From: a virus
Taxonomy: Duplodnaviria > Caudoviricetes
Virus record (IMG/VR): IMGVR_UViG_3300017911_001227
Location: 1-44,164 of that record
DNA length: 44,164 nucleotides
Direction: 5' to 3' (one strand)
Part shown: positions 8,219-16,326 of the stretch, piece by piece
Layout: every line of letters starts with the position of its first letter
Position numbering within the stretch: position 1 is the first letter of the stretch
The notes under the pieces: generated by a model
What the model saw: only the letters and a program-made list of their open reading frames with translations
Told to the model about the DNA's origin: nothing
Databases searched by the model: none
Position numbers and translations under genes: made by a program

Positions 8219-8755
8219 TTAAATCACTTTGAACGCGTAATATTCACCCATGCAATGCTCACTACCGTCATAGTGTGCGAAGTGGTGGCCATAACCATCT
8301 GCATCCGCGTAACCTTGCGCTATGTCTTCAATGTGAGGCAAACACGCTTCCCCTAGGGCCTCATATACATCGGCCTTTTGTAGCGCCTCAATGACCTTCA
8401 AAGGAAGCCCAGTGTGACGTGCGAGGAAACTAGCGTTGAAACTACCTAGGATATAAGTATCATTAGACAATTCTTCGGCCAGTATTGACAGAATGTCGCC
8501 CTCATGAATGAACCTATAACCGCCCGCCTCAAAGTCTGAGCTGCCACGAGATAGCTGTTCAACTAACCATAGACATTCGTCCAAATCGACTACTAGTTGG
8601 AACATCTCCTCAAGCTGTTTAGGTGTTAAGTCCAACTCTCGTATATGCTCTAAGGCTTCCGGATACATCTCAATCAAAAGATTAGTCTGCTTGTACTTGC
8701 CAGCCGCAACCAGCTTAGCTGTACCGCGTTCAATTTGTGTTTCAAGATTATTCAT
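8219..8755 (-). CDS. Acidic early hypothetical protein
   Basis: 178 aa, D/E-rich; flanked by ribozymes on both sides. Confidence 0.8.
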   Translation of the reverse strand: MNNLETQIERGTAKLVAAGKYKQTNLLIEMYPEALEHIRELDLTPKQLEEMFQLVVDLDECLWLVEQLSRGSSDFEAGGYRFIHEGDILSILAEELSNDTYILGSFNASFLARHTGLPLKVIEALQKADVYEALGEACLPHIEDIAQGYADADGYGHHFAHYDGSEHCMGEYYAFKVI

Positions 8756-8813
8756 AATCTTAAGTCTCTCTTTTAGTGTGTGTAAGTGATAGTTCGGTAA
8801 GAACGGCTTACCT

Positions 8814-8894
8814 TAGCCTAGTCATCATCAGTACCCATTCGGCTAGTCATGGGCAGACTATGAGAGGACCCTAAGGCCCCTCATAGTTTCGACT
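8814..8894 (-). ncRNA. Type II hammerhead ribozyme (copy 2); predicted cleavage between 8856 and 8855
   Basis: Same core CUGAUGA/GAAA/GUC. Substitutions relative to the other copies keep pairing (A-U for G-U in stem III, G-U for A-U in stem I), with a 1-nt bulge in distal stem III. Confidence 0.92.
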
Positions 8895-8895
8895 T

Positions 8896-9384
8896 TTAAC
8901 GGAGTGTCAACTCGTACCCATGTTTGCGCGCCATGTATACAGCGACACAATCGACCTGATCAATAGGGAACTCCCCTCCGTTATTGCTGGCATACTCCAA
9001 CTGACCGTTTATTTCACTGTCAATCAGAGCGCACCAGAACCGCGTTGTGTCAGACTGACCATAATGTTCAATCAGTTGTTGACACTGTATAGCCGCCACT
9101 TCTCTTTCACCTTCAGGTGTAAAAGGCAGATCATAGCGAATATGCACCGCGTCATGCCATGCCCGGAACGCCCAGTTGAACTCTGGGCATCCGAATATAG
9201 TATTCTCAGAAGCCCCGGACCATACCTTAATGTGGCCCTTGCTTCTTTCGTAATACTCTTTCAACTCAGCGAAGGACTGCGGAGCGTCCTCGCCTGCCGT
9301 CCATCCTGTGGCATAAGTGTTTGCCATTGTGAGAACAGCGGCGTTGAAAGTACGGGAAACGCGTGGTTTAGGTTGAAAAATCAT
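8896..9384 (-). CDS. Early hypothetical protein with HxxxH motif
   Basis: 162 aa containing FRAWHDAVH; first gene after the early promoter, flanked by ribozymes. Confidence 0.8.
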   Translation of the reverse strand: MIFQPKPRVSRTFNAAVLTMANTYATGWTAGEDAPQSFAELKEYYERSKGHIKVWSGASENTIFGCPEFNWAFRAWHDAVHIRYDLPFTPEGEREVAAIQCQQLIEHYGQSDTTRFWCALIDSEINGQLEYASNNGGEFPIDQVDCVAVYMARKHGYELTLR

Positions 9385-9437
9385 AAGATTTATCTCTCTT
9401 TGTGTGTGTGTTTGAGTTCGGTAAGAACGGCTTACCT

Positions 9438-9543
9438 TAGCCTAGTCATCATCAGTACCCATTCGGCTAGTCATGGGTAGACTATGAGAGGCCCTGAGTT
9501 CGGTAAGAACGACTTACCTTAAGGCCCCCTCACAGTTTCGACT
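9438..9543 (-). ncRNA. Type II hammerhead ribozyme (copy 1) with insertion in the stem III loop; predicted cleavage between 9480 and 9479
   Basis: Core intact; a ~25-nt module (9497-9520) replaces the UUAG loop of stem III. Confidence 0.9.
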
Positions 9544-9602
9544 TCTGGTCCCTTAAAGGCCTTCCTTGTTACACACACTAGGCCCGGGATTGAAGGTTGC
9601 TT

Positions 9603-9636
9603 ACGATGTCAAACAGCTGGCGGCTATCTGTCCGCC
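9603..9636 (-). promoter_or_regulatory. rrn-like antitermination element: hairpin (boxB-like) followed by boxA-like GCTGTTTGACATCGT
   Basis: GGCGG-ACAGATAG-CCGCC hairpin, then GCTGTTTGACA (compare boxA GCTCTTTAACA), just after the predicted start site. Confidence 0.6.
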
Positions 9637-9646
9637 GATGCCCATA

Positions 9647-9675
9647 GAGATAGATGAGAGGTCGCACCTTGTCAA
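9647..9675 (-). promoter_or_regulatory. Host sigma70 early promoter TTGACA-N17-TATCTC
   Basis: Perfect -35 box, 17-nt spacer, and a -10 box lacking the last T (common in Alphaproteobacteria); it points into the early genes. Confidence 0.7.
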
Positions 9676-10015
9676 CCCCTAGTGAACATTGGGGTTCTGA
9701 GTGAACAAGCGCTCACAAAATCACAAAACGCATCAAAAATGCGCCTCTCCCCCACATACAGGCACGAAGGAAGGCTTGCGCTTATGCATAGATGCATGGG
9801 TTAAGCTATGCATAATTGCGAAAAAGCAATGGGGATAGCGCCACACATAGGATCATACATCCCCCGCCGATCCCCGTCACCATTGGCATTCTAGCGTGAC
9901 CCGTGGCGCGTCTCGTGGCGTGGCCTGCCTCACAGCCTTGCGGGCCGGGGGCACGGGGGGCGCACGCTGAGCCACGGGGTCTTATATAGGGTCTCAGATT
10001 TTTGTACCAAAATCC

Positions 10016-10059
10016 AAAGTCCACCTAAAGTCCACCTAAAGTCCACTTAAAGACACCCT
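10016..10059. repeat. Tandem 11-bp repeats (AAAGTCCACCT x~4) in the presumed genome-end region
   Basis: AAAGTCCACCT AAAGTCCACCT AAAGTCCACTT AAAGACACCCT; contains CCTAAAG as in the T7 short terminal repeats. Confidence 0.75.
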
Positions 10060-10442
10060 TTGAGTACATAGAAGGTCGCACACAAGTTTATATTAAAGGC
10101 ACCCTTTAACGGTGACCATAAGTCAACCTTATGTTAAACCTAGTGTATAACATGGAGTTAAACACTATGTGATAATTACCCTATGGTAACGATACCATAG
10201 AAATAAAAACCTAGGTAATCACTTAGGATAACACTTAGAGTTAACTCTAAGTTATACTTAAAGATGACTTAAAGTTACCCCCCTTACCCCCCATAGAATA
10301 ATTCTAAGGTGATAAGGGTAGTGGTATACGAGGTCTTATAACCCTAAGTTACTTAGGGAGTGTCAAGATTATCACTTAGTGTTATGAACTTATGGCAGCT
10401 CATTAGTGGCGATACACAATTACGTTAGACCAAGGATGTTAA

Positions 10443-10464
10443 TTCCTTTAACGTGGGGTCTTAA
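10443..10464 (-). promoter_or_regulatory. Putative phage RNAP promoter TTAAGACCCCACGTTAAAGGAA (phiOR-like)
   Basis: 20/22 match to 2303-2324; after terL and facing the AT-rich end region. Confidence 0.78.
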
Positions 10465-10497
10465 ATACCCTAGGTATATCAAGGGTATCTAAGGTGG

Positions 10498-12369
10498 TCA
10501 TACAGGTCTACTATTGTTACTGTTATCATTGGTCTTCCCCCTTATGGTCATTCCCCCTAGGGACCTTTTCATGGGGTTGTTACCTTTAGACTTAAAGGAA
10601 CTATTAGTCCTAGGGTCTATCCCTGTGAACACTTGGTCCTTAAGGTGTTGCTTGATCTCTTTCATGAGGTCTTTTTCCTTGGCCTTCTCAGCGGCGGACT
10701 TGGCGTCTTGAGCCATAGCGTCTACCCAGTACCCTACAGCTTCTGCCACAGCGTCAAGGCGGTCATCGTGAGCTAGTGCCCCTTTGTCTTTTGTTATGCG
10801 AGTCATTTGGTAGAACAAGCGGTACTTTAGGCTCTTATCGGGTGTCCCGTAGCTTTTCACTAGATCGTCGTCCAAGCGTATAGCATTCTCGCATACCACC
10901 AGACGGTGTTGTGTCATTATGGGCTCTAGGGTATCTATGATCCTCTTTTCCTTCTGTACGGTGCTCCTAACGCTTTCTACGGCGCACATGTGCCCTACAG
11001 CTCTCAGGTGGGGTATGAGTAGCTTGGCGAACATGCCCTGTCCGAAGTTCTCTTCTACAAGGATAAGGTTGACCCCTTGGTTCTTAGCGTCAGTAGCTAT
11101 TTCCCTAAGGATAGTATCTTCGTAACCTCCTTGTTTACCCTTACAGAGTGTCAGGAAGACTGTAGCGTTGAGCATCTTAGTGACAGCCCAAGCAGTTTCG
11201 TCTTTACCTCTGCCTGAAGGGTCAATGGCCATTACTGACCCTGTGTACGGTAGGAAGGTACTGTCCACGTATGGGGGCCTAAAGAAGGCATCTCCGTCTA
11301 ACCCGGGGGTAAACAGGTCGCTATACTTGAGGTTACCCTTAGGTCCCCATGCGAAACTGGAGGGGGCTCTAGCTCGATCTAGAGGATAGACTATGAGGTC
11401 TTTCAGTTTGAGCGGGTATCTCTCAGCGTCACTCAGGGACGTATCTAGGAGGAACTGTAGAGCGTACCCTGCTGAACCGTAGGACAGCTTACGTTCTGCA
11501 AGGTCAATATCGGTGAAGCGTTTAGGGTCAAGGGAAGTCTTTAAGCCGTGCCTAGGTATAGCCACGTCCAGCACGAAAGGGGCCAGCTTGTAGCCCATTC
11601 TTTCGATGTACTTATCGTTAGGTATCTCAGAGGGCCATATGCGTATCTCGTAGCCTCTTTCCCCTAGTCTATTGTAGAGGGACTGCTCGGTCTGTGGGGT
11701 CCCCAGATAGATCACATGTCCAGCAGGTTTAAGCACAGCGTCGAACTCTTTGACGCTTTCGGATAGTTTGTCTCTTTGGTCCTGTGTAGCAGAGTTACCG
11801 GGGACCTCAACGTCATCGGCAATGATTACATCAGCACGAGAGCCTGAGAGTTGCCCTGTGATACCTACAGATTTAACTGAGGGTGAGTGCTTAGCTTTGG
11901 CTGGGCCTACGTCGAAGGCTACGTTACTGTCCCGTTGCCCGGTCTTAGCTTGCAAGTGCTGAAGGATGCCCATCTCAGAGATAAGGCGCTTGGTAAACGT
12001 AGAGAAGTCATCAGCGCGTATCTTAGAGGCCGATACTACCATGATACACAAATCAGGGTCTCTCAATAGGAGCCAGCACACGAAGGCAGAGGTAACGTAG
12101 GATTTACCTACACCTCGGAAGCCCATGATGATCCTACGCTTCACTCCGTGTTGCAGGTAATCAGCGATGTCTAGTTGGATAGGGGTAGGCTCAGGGAGGC
12201 CCAAGTGTTCCCAAGTTAGCCTTAGGAATACCTTGAAGTCAGTGTATATAGGCCAGATGTCCGGATGGGCAGGATACGCTTGTTCCCACCATGGGTCTAC
12301 ACTGGGTAGGTGGCCTTCAGGGTGCAACAATGCAGTGTCAGTTACAGATGTAACGGGCATATGTCTCAT
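10498..12369 (-). CDS. terL: Terminase large subunit (T7 gp19-like)
   Basis: GFRGVGKS (Walker A), IIADDVE, YLGTPQ, AIDPSGRGKDET and HDDRLDA. Confidence 0.97.
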   Translation of the reverse strand: MRHMPVTSVTDTALLHPEGHLPSVDPWWEQAYPAHPDIWPIYTDFKVFLRLTWEHLGLPEPTPIQLDIADYLQHGVKRRIIMGFRGVGKSYVTSAFVCWLLLRDPDLCIMVVSASKIRADDFSTFTKRLISEMGILQHLQAKTGQRDSNVAFDVGPAKAKHSPSVKSVGITGQLSGSRADVIIADDVEVPGNSATQDQRDKLSESVKEFDAVLKPAGHVIYLGTPQTEQSLYNRLGERGYEIRIWPSEIPNDKYIERMGYKLAPFVLDVAIPRHGLKTSLDPKRFTDIDLAERKLSYGSAGYALQFLLDTSLSDAERYPLKLKDLIVYPLDRARAPSSFAWGPKGNLKYSDLFTPGLDGDAFFRPPYVDSTFLPYTGSVMAIDPSGRGKDETAWAVTKMLNATVFLTLCKGKQGGYEDTILREIATDAKNQGVNLILVEENFGQGMFAKLLIPHLRAVGHMCAVESVRSTVQKEKRIIDTLEPIMTQHRLVVCENAIRLDDDLVKSYGTPDKSLKYRLFYQMTRITKDKGALAHDDRLDAVAEAVGYWVDAMAQDAKSAAEKAKEKDLMKEIKQHLKDQVFTGIDPRTNSSFKSKGNNPMKRSLGGMTIRGKTNDNSNNSRPV

Positions 12370-12486
12370 AACTTTCTATAATTGTGTAATGTCCACGCTA
12401 AGGCCCCTAGGAGGCCCGTGGAGAGCCTTTAGGAAATTCTAGGTACAATGTGTTACCTTTGGCCCTAAAGGCTCTCTGTGAGCTTC

Positions 12487-13131
12487 CTAGGAGGTTTCTA
12501 GCTCTTCTATGACCTTGAGGCCATTAGTAGCGGCCAGATAGTCAACGTGGGGTCTGCCGAAGAGTATCGCATCGTCGACCATAGGGTCTGCGCTACTGAT
12601 AATCATGGCTCTCAGTTGCTCGATTTGTGCAGGGTCAACACCACCATCAGCACTGGCGAGTTGTGCCATATACCCATTGTAGACTGCTAGGTCTCTGTCT
12701 AGGTCATACACTTGCTTGATGATAGCTTCGCGCTCTCTCACCGCTTGTCTGTAAGCGTTCGCAGGTGCTCGTATAGCTGTAAGTTCGTCATAGTAAGCCA
12801 CAATGTCGGCCTGATATGTCTCACTTTCAGGGTCTACAGGGTACACCAGCTCGGCCTCTTGAGTAGCGGCCAACTCCATCTGCTCTTCTGTTAGTGGCTC
12901 AGGGGCCTCAGGGATGTCCGGAGGTGTCTCAGGTTGCCCTGTGACTAGCCAGTAGAAGTATCTGTGGGCAGCCGCGTGCAGGCCCATATGGGTAGGCTCT
13001 CCTGTCCCTGAGGGGCTCATGGGGATGCTGAAGCCTGATGAATAGCCCAAGGCTCCTGCGAGTTGGTTTATGGGCTCTAGGGCGGCTACGGGTGCTATGA
13101 GCACCATAGACCTGATATTGTAAGTGCTCAT
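12487..13131 (-). CDS. Hypothetical protein (possible tail-associated/chaperone)
   Basis: Coupled to the upstream fibre/spike gene; contains PMSPSGTGEPTH. Confidence 0.7.
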   Translation of the reverse strand: MSTYNIRSMVLIAPVAALEPINQLAGALGYSSGFSIPMSPSGTGEPTHMGLHAAAHRYFYWLVTGQPETPPDIPEAPEPLTEEQMELAATQEAELVYPVDPESETYQADIVAYYDELTAIRAPANAYRQAVREREAIIKQVYDLDRDLAVYNGYMAQLASADGGVDPAQIEQLRAMIISSADPMVDDAILFGRPHVDYLAATNGLKVIEELETS

Positions 13132-15476
13132 TAGAGTGTCACTCCTGATAGTTTAGCTAGGTATTTCTCGGACTTACTCAGTTCGTCGTCTGTGAGCGGA
13201 GTGACGCCCCAAGCGCCGCCGTAGAAACGTCCGTCTAGGCCGTTTGCCCAATTGTCATTTTTGTTGCTGAACAGAACTAGCCCTTTAGTTTCTGCGCTGG
13301 CATCGTAGATCGTAACAGTTCCTATTTCGCTATTACCGTTATGCCTAGCCGATAGGCTGGTAGCTGTCGCTTGTTCAACTGTTACAATATGCGGAACATT
13401 GCCAGCGCTTGCGGTGACGTCTACGTAAGCTGAACCATTCCACCAAGTATGATCGTCTCCGTTATAATACAGGCCAGCCGTTCCACCACCATTGCCAGTC
13501 GCAAACGTGAAATCGCCGTTAGTGTCAACTTGCCACCCCCCAACGTGCCACCATTGTTCCCCAAGGTTCAACGTAGGGCTAACCTGCATCCAATCATCAG
13601 CACCGTCCGTGTCCAGATAGTATGAACGCGGGGTGGTTGAGGGGAGTTCTTGAACAGAGACGTTGTCGATGGAGCCCGTGAACGTACTCGTTAAGAAGTT
13701 TACCGGCGTGCCGTTTGCCCGCAATATTTCAGACTTCCATCCTGTACTGTTGTAAGAAGCGCCCGAAACCCCGCCAATATTAGGTGTAACAGTCCCGCTA
13801 GTATAGGCCGATATGTAGAACTGTATTCTATACCACTTATTAGCTGTTGCAACTCCGGCCTGTTGTAGTGTGCCTGTCGCAGAGGACGCGCTCGCCACCC
13901 CACTCCCTATGCTCCACCCGGTGCCCTTCGTCCAATCGGAGTCAGTGTCGAACGTGCCGTTGGTTACGAGGTTGGGGTAGAGGACTTGTTTGACGGAGAC
14001 GTTATCGTAAACAGTTGTGCCGTCTGATACACCATCACCGAAACCCCACAACTGCACGTAGGACGTAGTTGAGGTAGCTTGGAATATAGCAGTAACAGTC
14101 CCCGTGTCCGAATTTGTAAAGTTCGCTAAGTCTCTTGCGCTACTCGGTGTGGTAGCGACGCCCCATGCGCTAGGTGCATCTTGACTGATTTTGGTTATAG
14201 TTACTTCATACCGCTCACCTACAACTGTTGTAAAGGCTTGATACGCTAGTCCAGTTGTATCCGGCGCTGTGCAAGTAACATGGAGTTCTACTGAAACACT
14301 CGACAAAGTAGCACCAGAGGCTGATGTCCACCCTGTAGTGTCACTATTAAAAGTCCCATTCGTAACCAACTCCGGCCCACGCTCGTCAAACGCGGTGAGG
14401 ACCTTGCGGACGGAGACGCTCCGTATCCGTACATCTGTCACGCTGCCGCTCAAACGCCGAAAAATCTGTAATGTGCTTGTATTAGGCTGAAAAGTAAATT
14501 TGTGTATGCCCGACGTAGTAATTACGCCGATAGAACTGTCCGTCCCGGAATACTGAATTTTTATTCCTGCCTCGTCGCTAGGGTTTACTGTAACATCAAT
14601 CTCTAGTTCGTAATAATCGCCGTTTGCTGCAAAAGCGCTTGTCTGTTCGAACCTCAATGCCGAAGTACCGTCGCCAACTATGTCCACACCCTCGCCGGAA
14701 ACGAGTGTTATTGTGTTGTTCGAGTCAGTACTGTATTGATTCCAGCCATCTAGGTTTGTTGCAGAATAGAATTGACCATTCGTAACCAGCTCATCCCCAC
14801 GCTGACCATTATCCGTAAGAGGCCCCCAAGTCGTATCGGGGTCGTCCATCAAGGTAGGACGCGCAGCATCACTGGGGGCTATCGCATGGTAACCGGGGAT
14901 TTCTTTGATGGAGACGTTGTCGATGGTGCCATTTGTGGCCACTTGACCCTGAAATGCAAGCCGATCATTTGTGGCCGATGCTTGCAAAATGAAAGTATAA
15001 CTGCCGCTAGTCGTAATTGTTTCAACTGTATTCCCCGTAAAGAACACAACAAACGTTCCTGCGCTTAGTGTCACATCAAACGTAACTTTGTACCAACTTA
15101 AATCTGTAAGTCCGCTTGAAATGTCTTGATAAAGCGCGTTCTGTGTTCCGGGCACCTTTACCGCAACGCCTCCACTAATCGCCCAGTCCGCACCCTTGGT
15201 CCAATCATTGTCAGTATCAAACCCGCCATTAGTCACCAACTCAGGCTGCCCATCAATAAACTGCTGCATAGTCCCAGAAACACCCGAGCTGTCCAGCATC
15301 ATGCCCACAGGATCGCCAACCACAGGTGAACCGCCGCTCCCGTCCGTGCCTACGCGAAGGGAAGTCAAGTCTTGCGGGTTGTAGAACACGGACGGATTGT
15401 AGAGCCTAGCGCCTTTAACGATGGCGGCCACTGAGGCCCCCATTCGCGACGCTAAGCTAATCAATAACATGTGCAT
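13131..15476 (-). CDS. Tail spike/structural protein with four tandem carbohydrate-binding-like (CBM4/9-type) modules
   Basis: Four (E/N)LVTNGxF...W...(D/S)(N)VS(V/I)(K/R/Q) repeats; T/G/S-rich. Confidence 0.75.
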   Translation of the reverse strand: MHMLLISLASRMGASVAAIVKGARLYNPSVFYNPQDLTSLRVGTDGSGGSPVVGDPVGMMLDSSGVSGTMQQFIDGQPELVTNGGFDTDNDWTKGADWAISGGVAVKVPGTQNALYQDISSGLTDLSWYKVTFDVTLSAGTFVVFFTGNTVETITTSGSYTFILQASATNDRLAFQGQVATNGTIDNVSIKEIPGYHAIAPSDAARPTLMDDPDTTWGPLTDNGQRGDELVTNGQFYSATNLDGWNQYSTDSNNTITLVSGEGVDIVGDGTSALRFEQTSAFAANGDYYELEIDVTVNPSDEAGIKIQYSGTDSSIGVITTSGIHKFTFQPNTSTLQIFRRLSGSVTDVRIRSVSVRKVLTAFDERGPELVTNGTFNSDTTGWTSASGATLSSVSVELHVTCTAPDTTGLAYQAFTTVVGERYEVTITKISQDAPSAWGVATTPSSARDLANFTNSDTGTVTAIFQATSTTSYVQLWGFGDGVSDGTTVYDNVSVKQVLYPNLVTNGTFDTDSDWTKGTGWSIGSGVASASSATGTLQQAGVATANKWYRIQFYISAYTSGTVTPNIGGVSGASYNSTGWKSEILRANGTPVNFLTSTFTGSIDNVSVQELPSTTPRSYYLDTDGADDWMQVSPTLNLGEQWWHVGGWQVDTNGDFTFATGNGGGTAGLYYNGDDHTWWNGSAYVDVTASAGNVPHIVTVEQATATSLSARHNGNSEIGTVTIYDASAETKGLVLFSNKNDNWANGLDGRFYGGAWGVTPLTDDELSKSEKYLAKLSGVTL

Positions 15477-15706
15477 TATGCCAGCCCTATGATCCCCGTA
15501 GCTGTAGTGCCGGTCGCTAGGACCTTCTCAGCAGCAACTGCGTATTGAACCCCGGGGACTAGGCCGGGCATAGTTCCAGTAGTGCCACGAGTAGTCTCGA
15601 TAGCCACGTCACCCTCTGTAGTTACCATGATGAACTGCGTCTGAGGGATTTTGTTAGTGTCGTTAGGTGTAATCGCAAAGATATTATCAGGTTTAGGTAA
15701 ACTCAT
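15476..15706 (-). CDS. Small structural protein (spike-base-like)
   Basis: FAITPND and VLATGTTATGIIGL, typical of small phage structural proteins that precede spikes. Confidence 0.65.
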   Translation of the reverse strand: MSLPKPDNIFAITPNDTNKIPQTQFIMVTTEGDVAIETTRGTTGTMPGLVPGVQYAVAAEKVLATGTTATGIIGLA

Positions 15707-15729
15707 TTTCGTATTTTCCTTCGGTAGTG

Positions 15730-15978
15730 TTAGTTAAGGTAAGAAGAGGCGTCATCTTCGCCTGATTGAAACCTGCGGACTTGCTCCGCTAGGCTGTTCA
15801 GCGCACTGTGGTCCGCATCTTTCGCGGCCTCTATGCGATTATCCTTCAAGAACTTAATGGCCTGCGCTAAGGTTTGCGGAGTGATCTCCGTAGAACTCTC
15901 TTTGAGTTGCTCTGTTAGGACCTTAGCGACTTGGCTATGGAGCAGCTCCAGTGCGTCCATTGTAGCCGATTTACTCAT
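15730..15978 (-). CDS. terS: Terminase small subunit (T7 gp18-like)
   Basis: LELLHSQVA and TPQTLAQAIKFLKDNRI. Confidence 0.85.
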   Translation of the reverse strand: MSKSATMDALELLHSQVAKVLTEQLKESSTEITPQTLAQAIKFLKDNRIEAAKDADHSALNSLAEQVRRFQSGEDDASSYLN

Positions 15979-16002
15979 TTAGTGTTATCCTTGTGTTTAT
16001 GT

Positions 16003-16326
16003 TTACTTGTCCTTGCGTAGCTTCTTTATGCTCTCTAAGAGTTGGAACAGGTCTTTGTGCTGGAGAGCGGCCAGAGTTGAAGGCCCAGTGATCGTCCCGA
16101 GTACGGCTAAGAGATAGTCGAAGTGGGCAATGGCTGGCGTGTTAGACGCGGCCAATCCTAGTACAGTCCCAAATATAACTGCACTAAAGAAGTAACCGTG
16201 GTTCTTTCTCCAAGAAGCTGATACAAATAGAACACTCATGGCCAGCAATAGGCTAATAGTTGCATACTCAATAGACGCTTCTGTTAATTGCGTAATCTTA
16301 TCGAGTATTGAGTTAGTCGTCTTCAT
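16003..16326 (-). CDS. Small membrane protein, putative holin
   Basis: 107 aa, about 3 hydrophobic segments, basic C-terminus; occupies the gp17.5 position before terS. Confidence 0.6.
   Translation of the reverse strand: MKTTNSILDKITQLTEASIEYATISLLLAMSVLFVSASWRKNHGYFFSAVIFGTVLGLAASNTPAIAHFDYLLAVLGTITGPSTLAALQHKDLFQLLESIKKLRKDK

Noticed and set aside
8136-9543. Repeats as a CRISPR array or attC integron sites
   Set aside because: The ~80-bp units are separated by whole genes and no cas genes are present. They are fully explained by the hammerhead fold, and the integrase is phage-type with its own tRNA att.
9806-10024. 72-aa minus-strand ORF in the end region
   Set aside because: GTG start inside tandem repeats, low-complexity GC tract, and upstream of the early promoter; probably non-coding.
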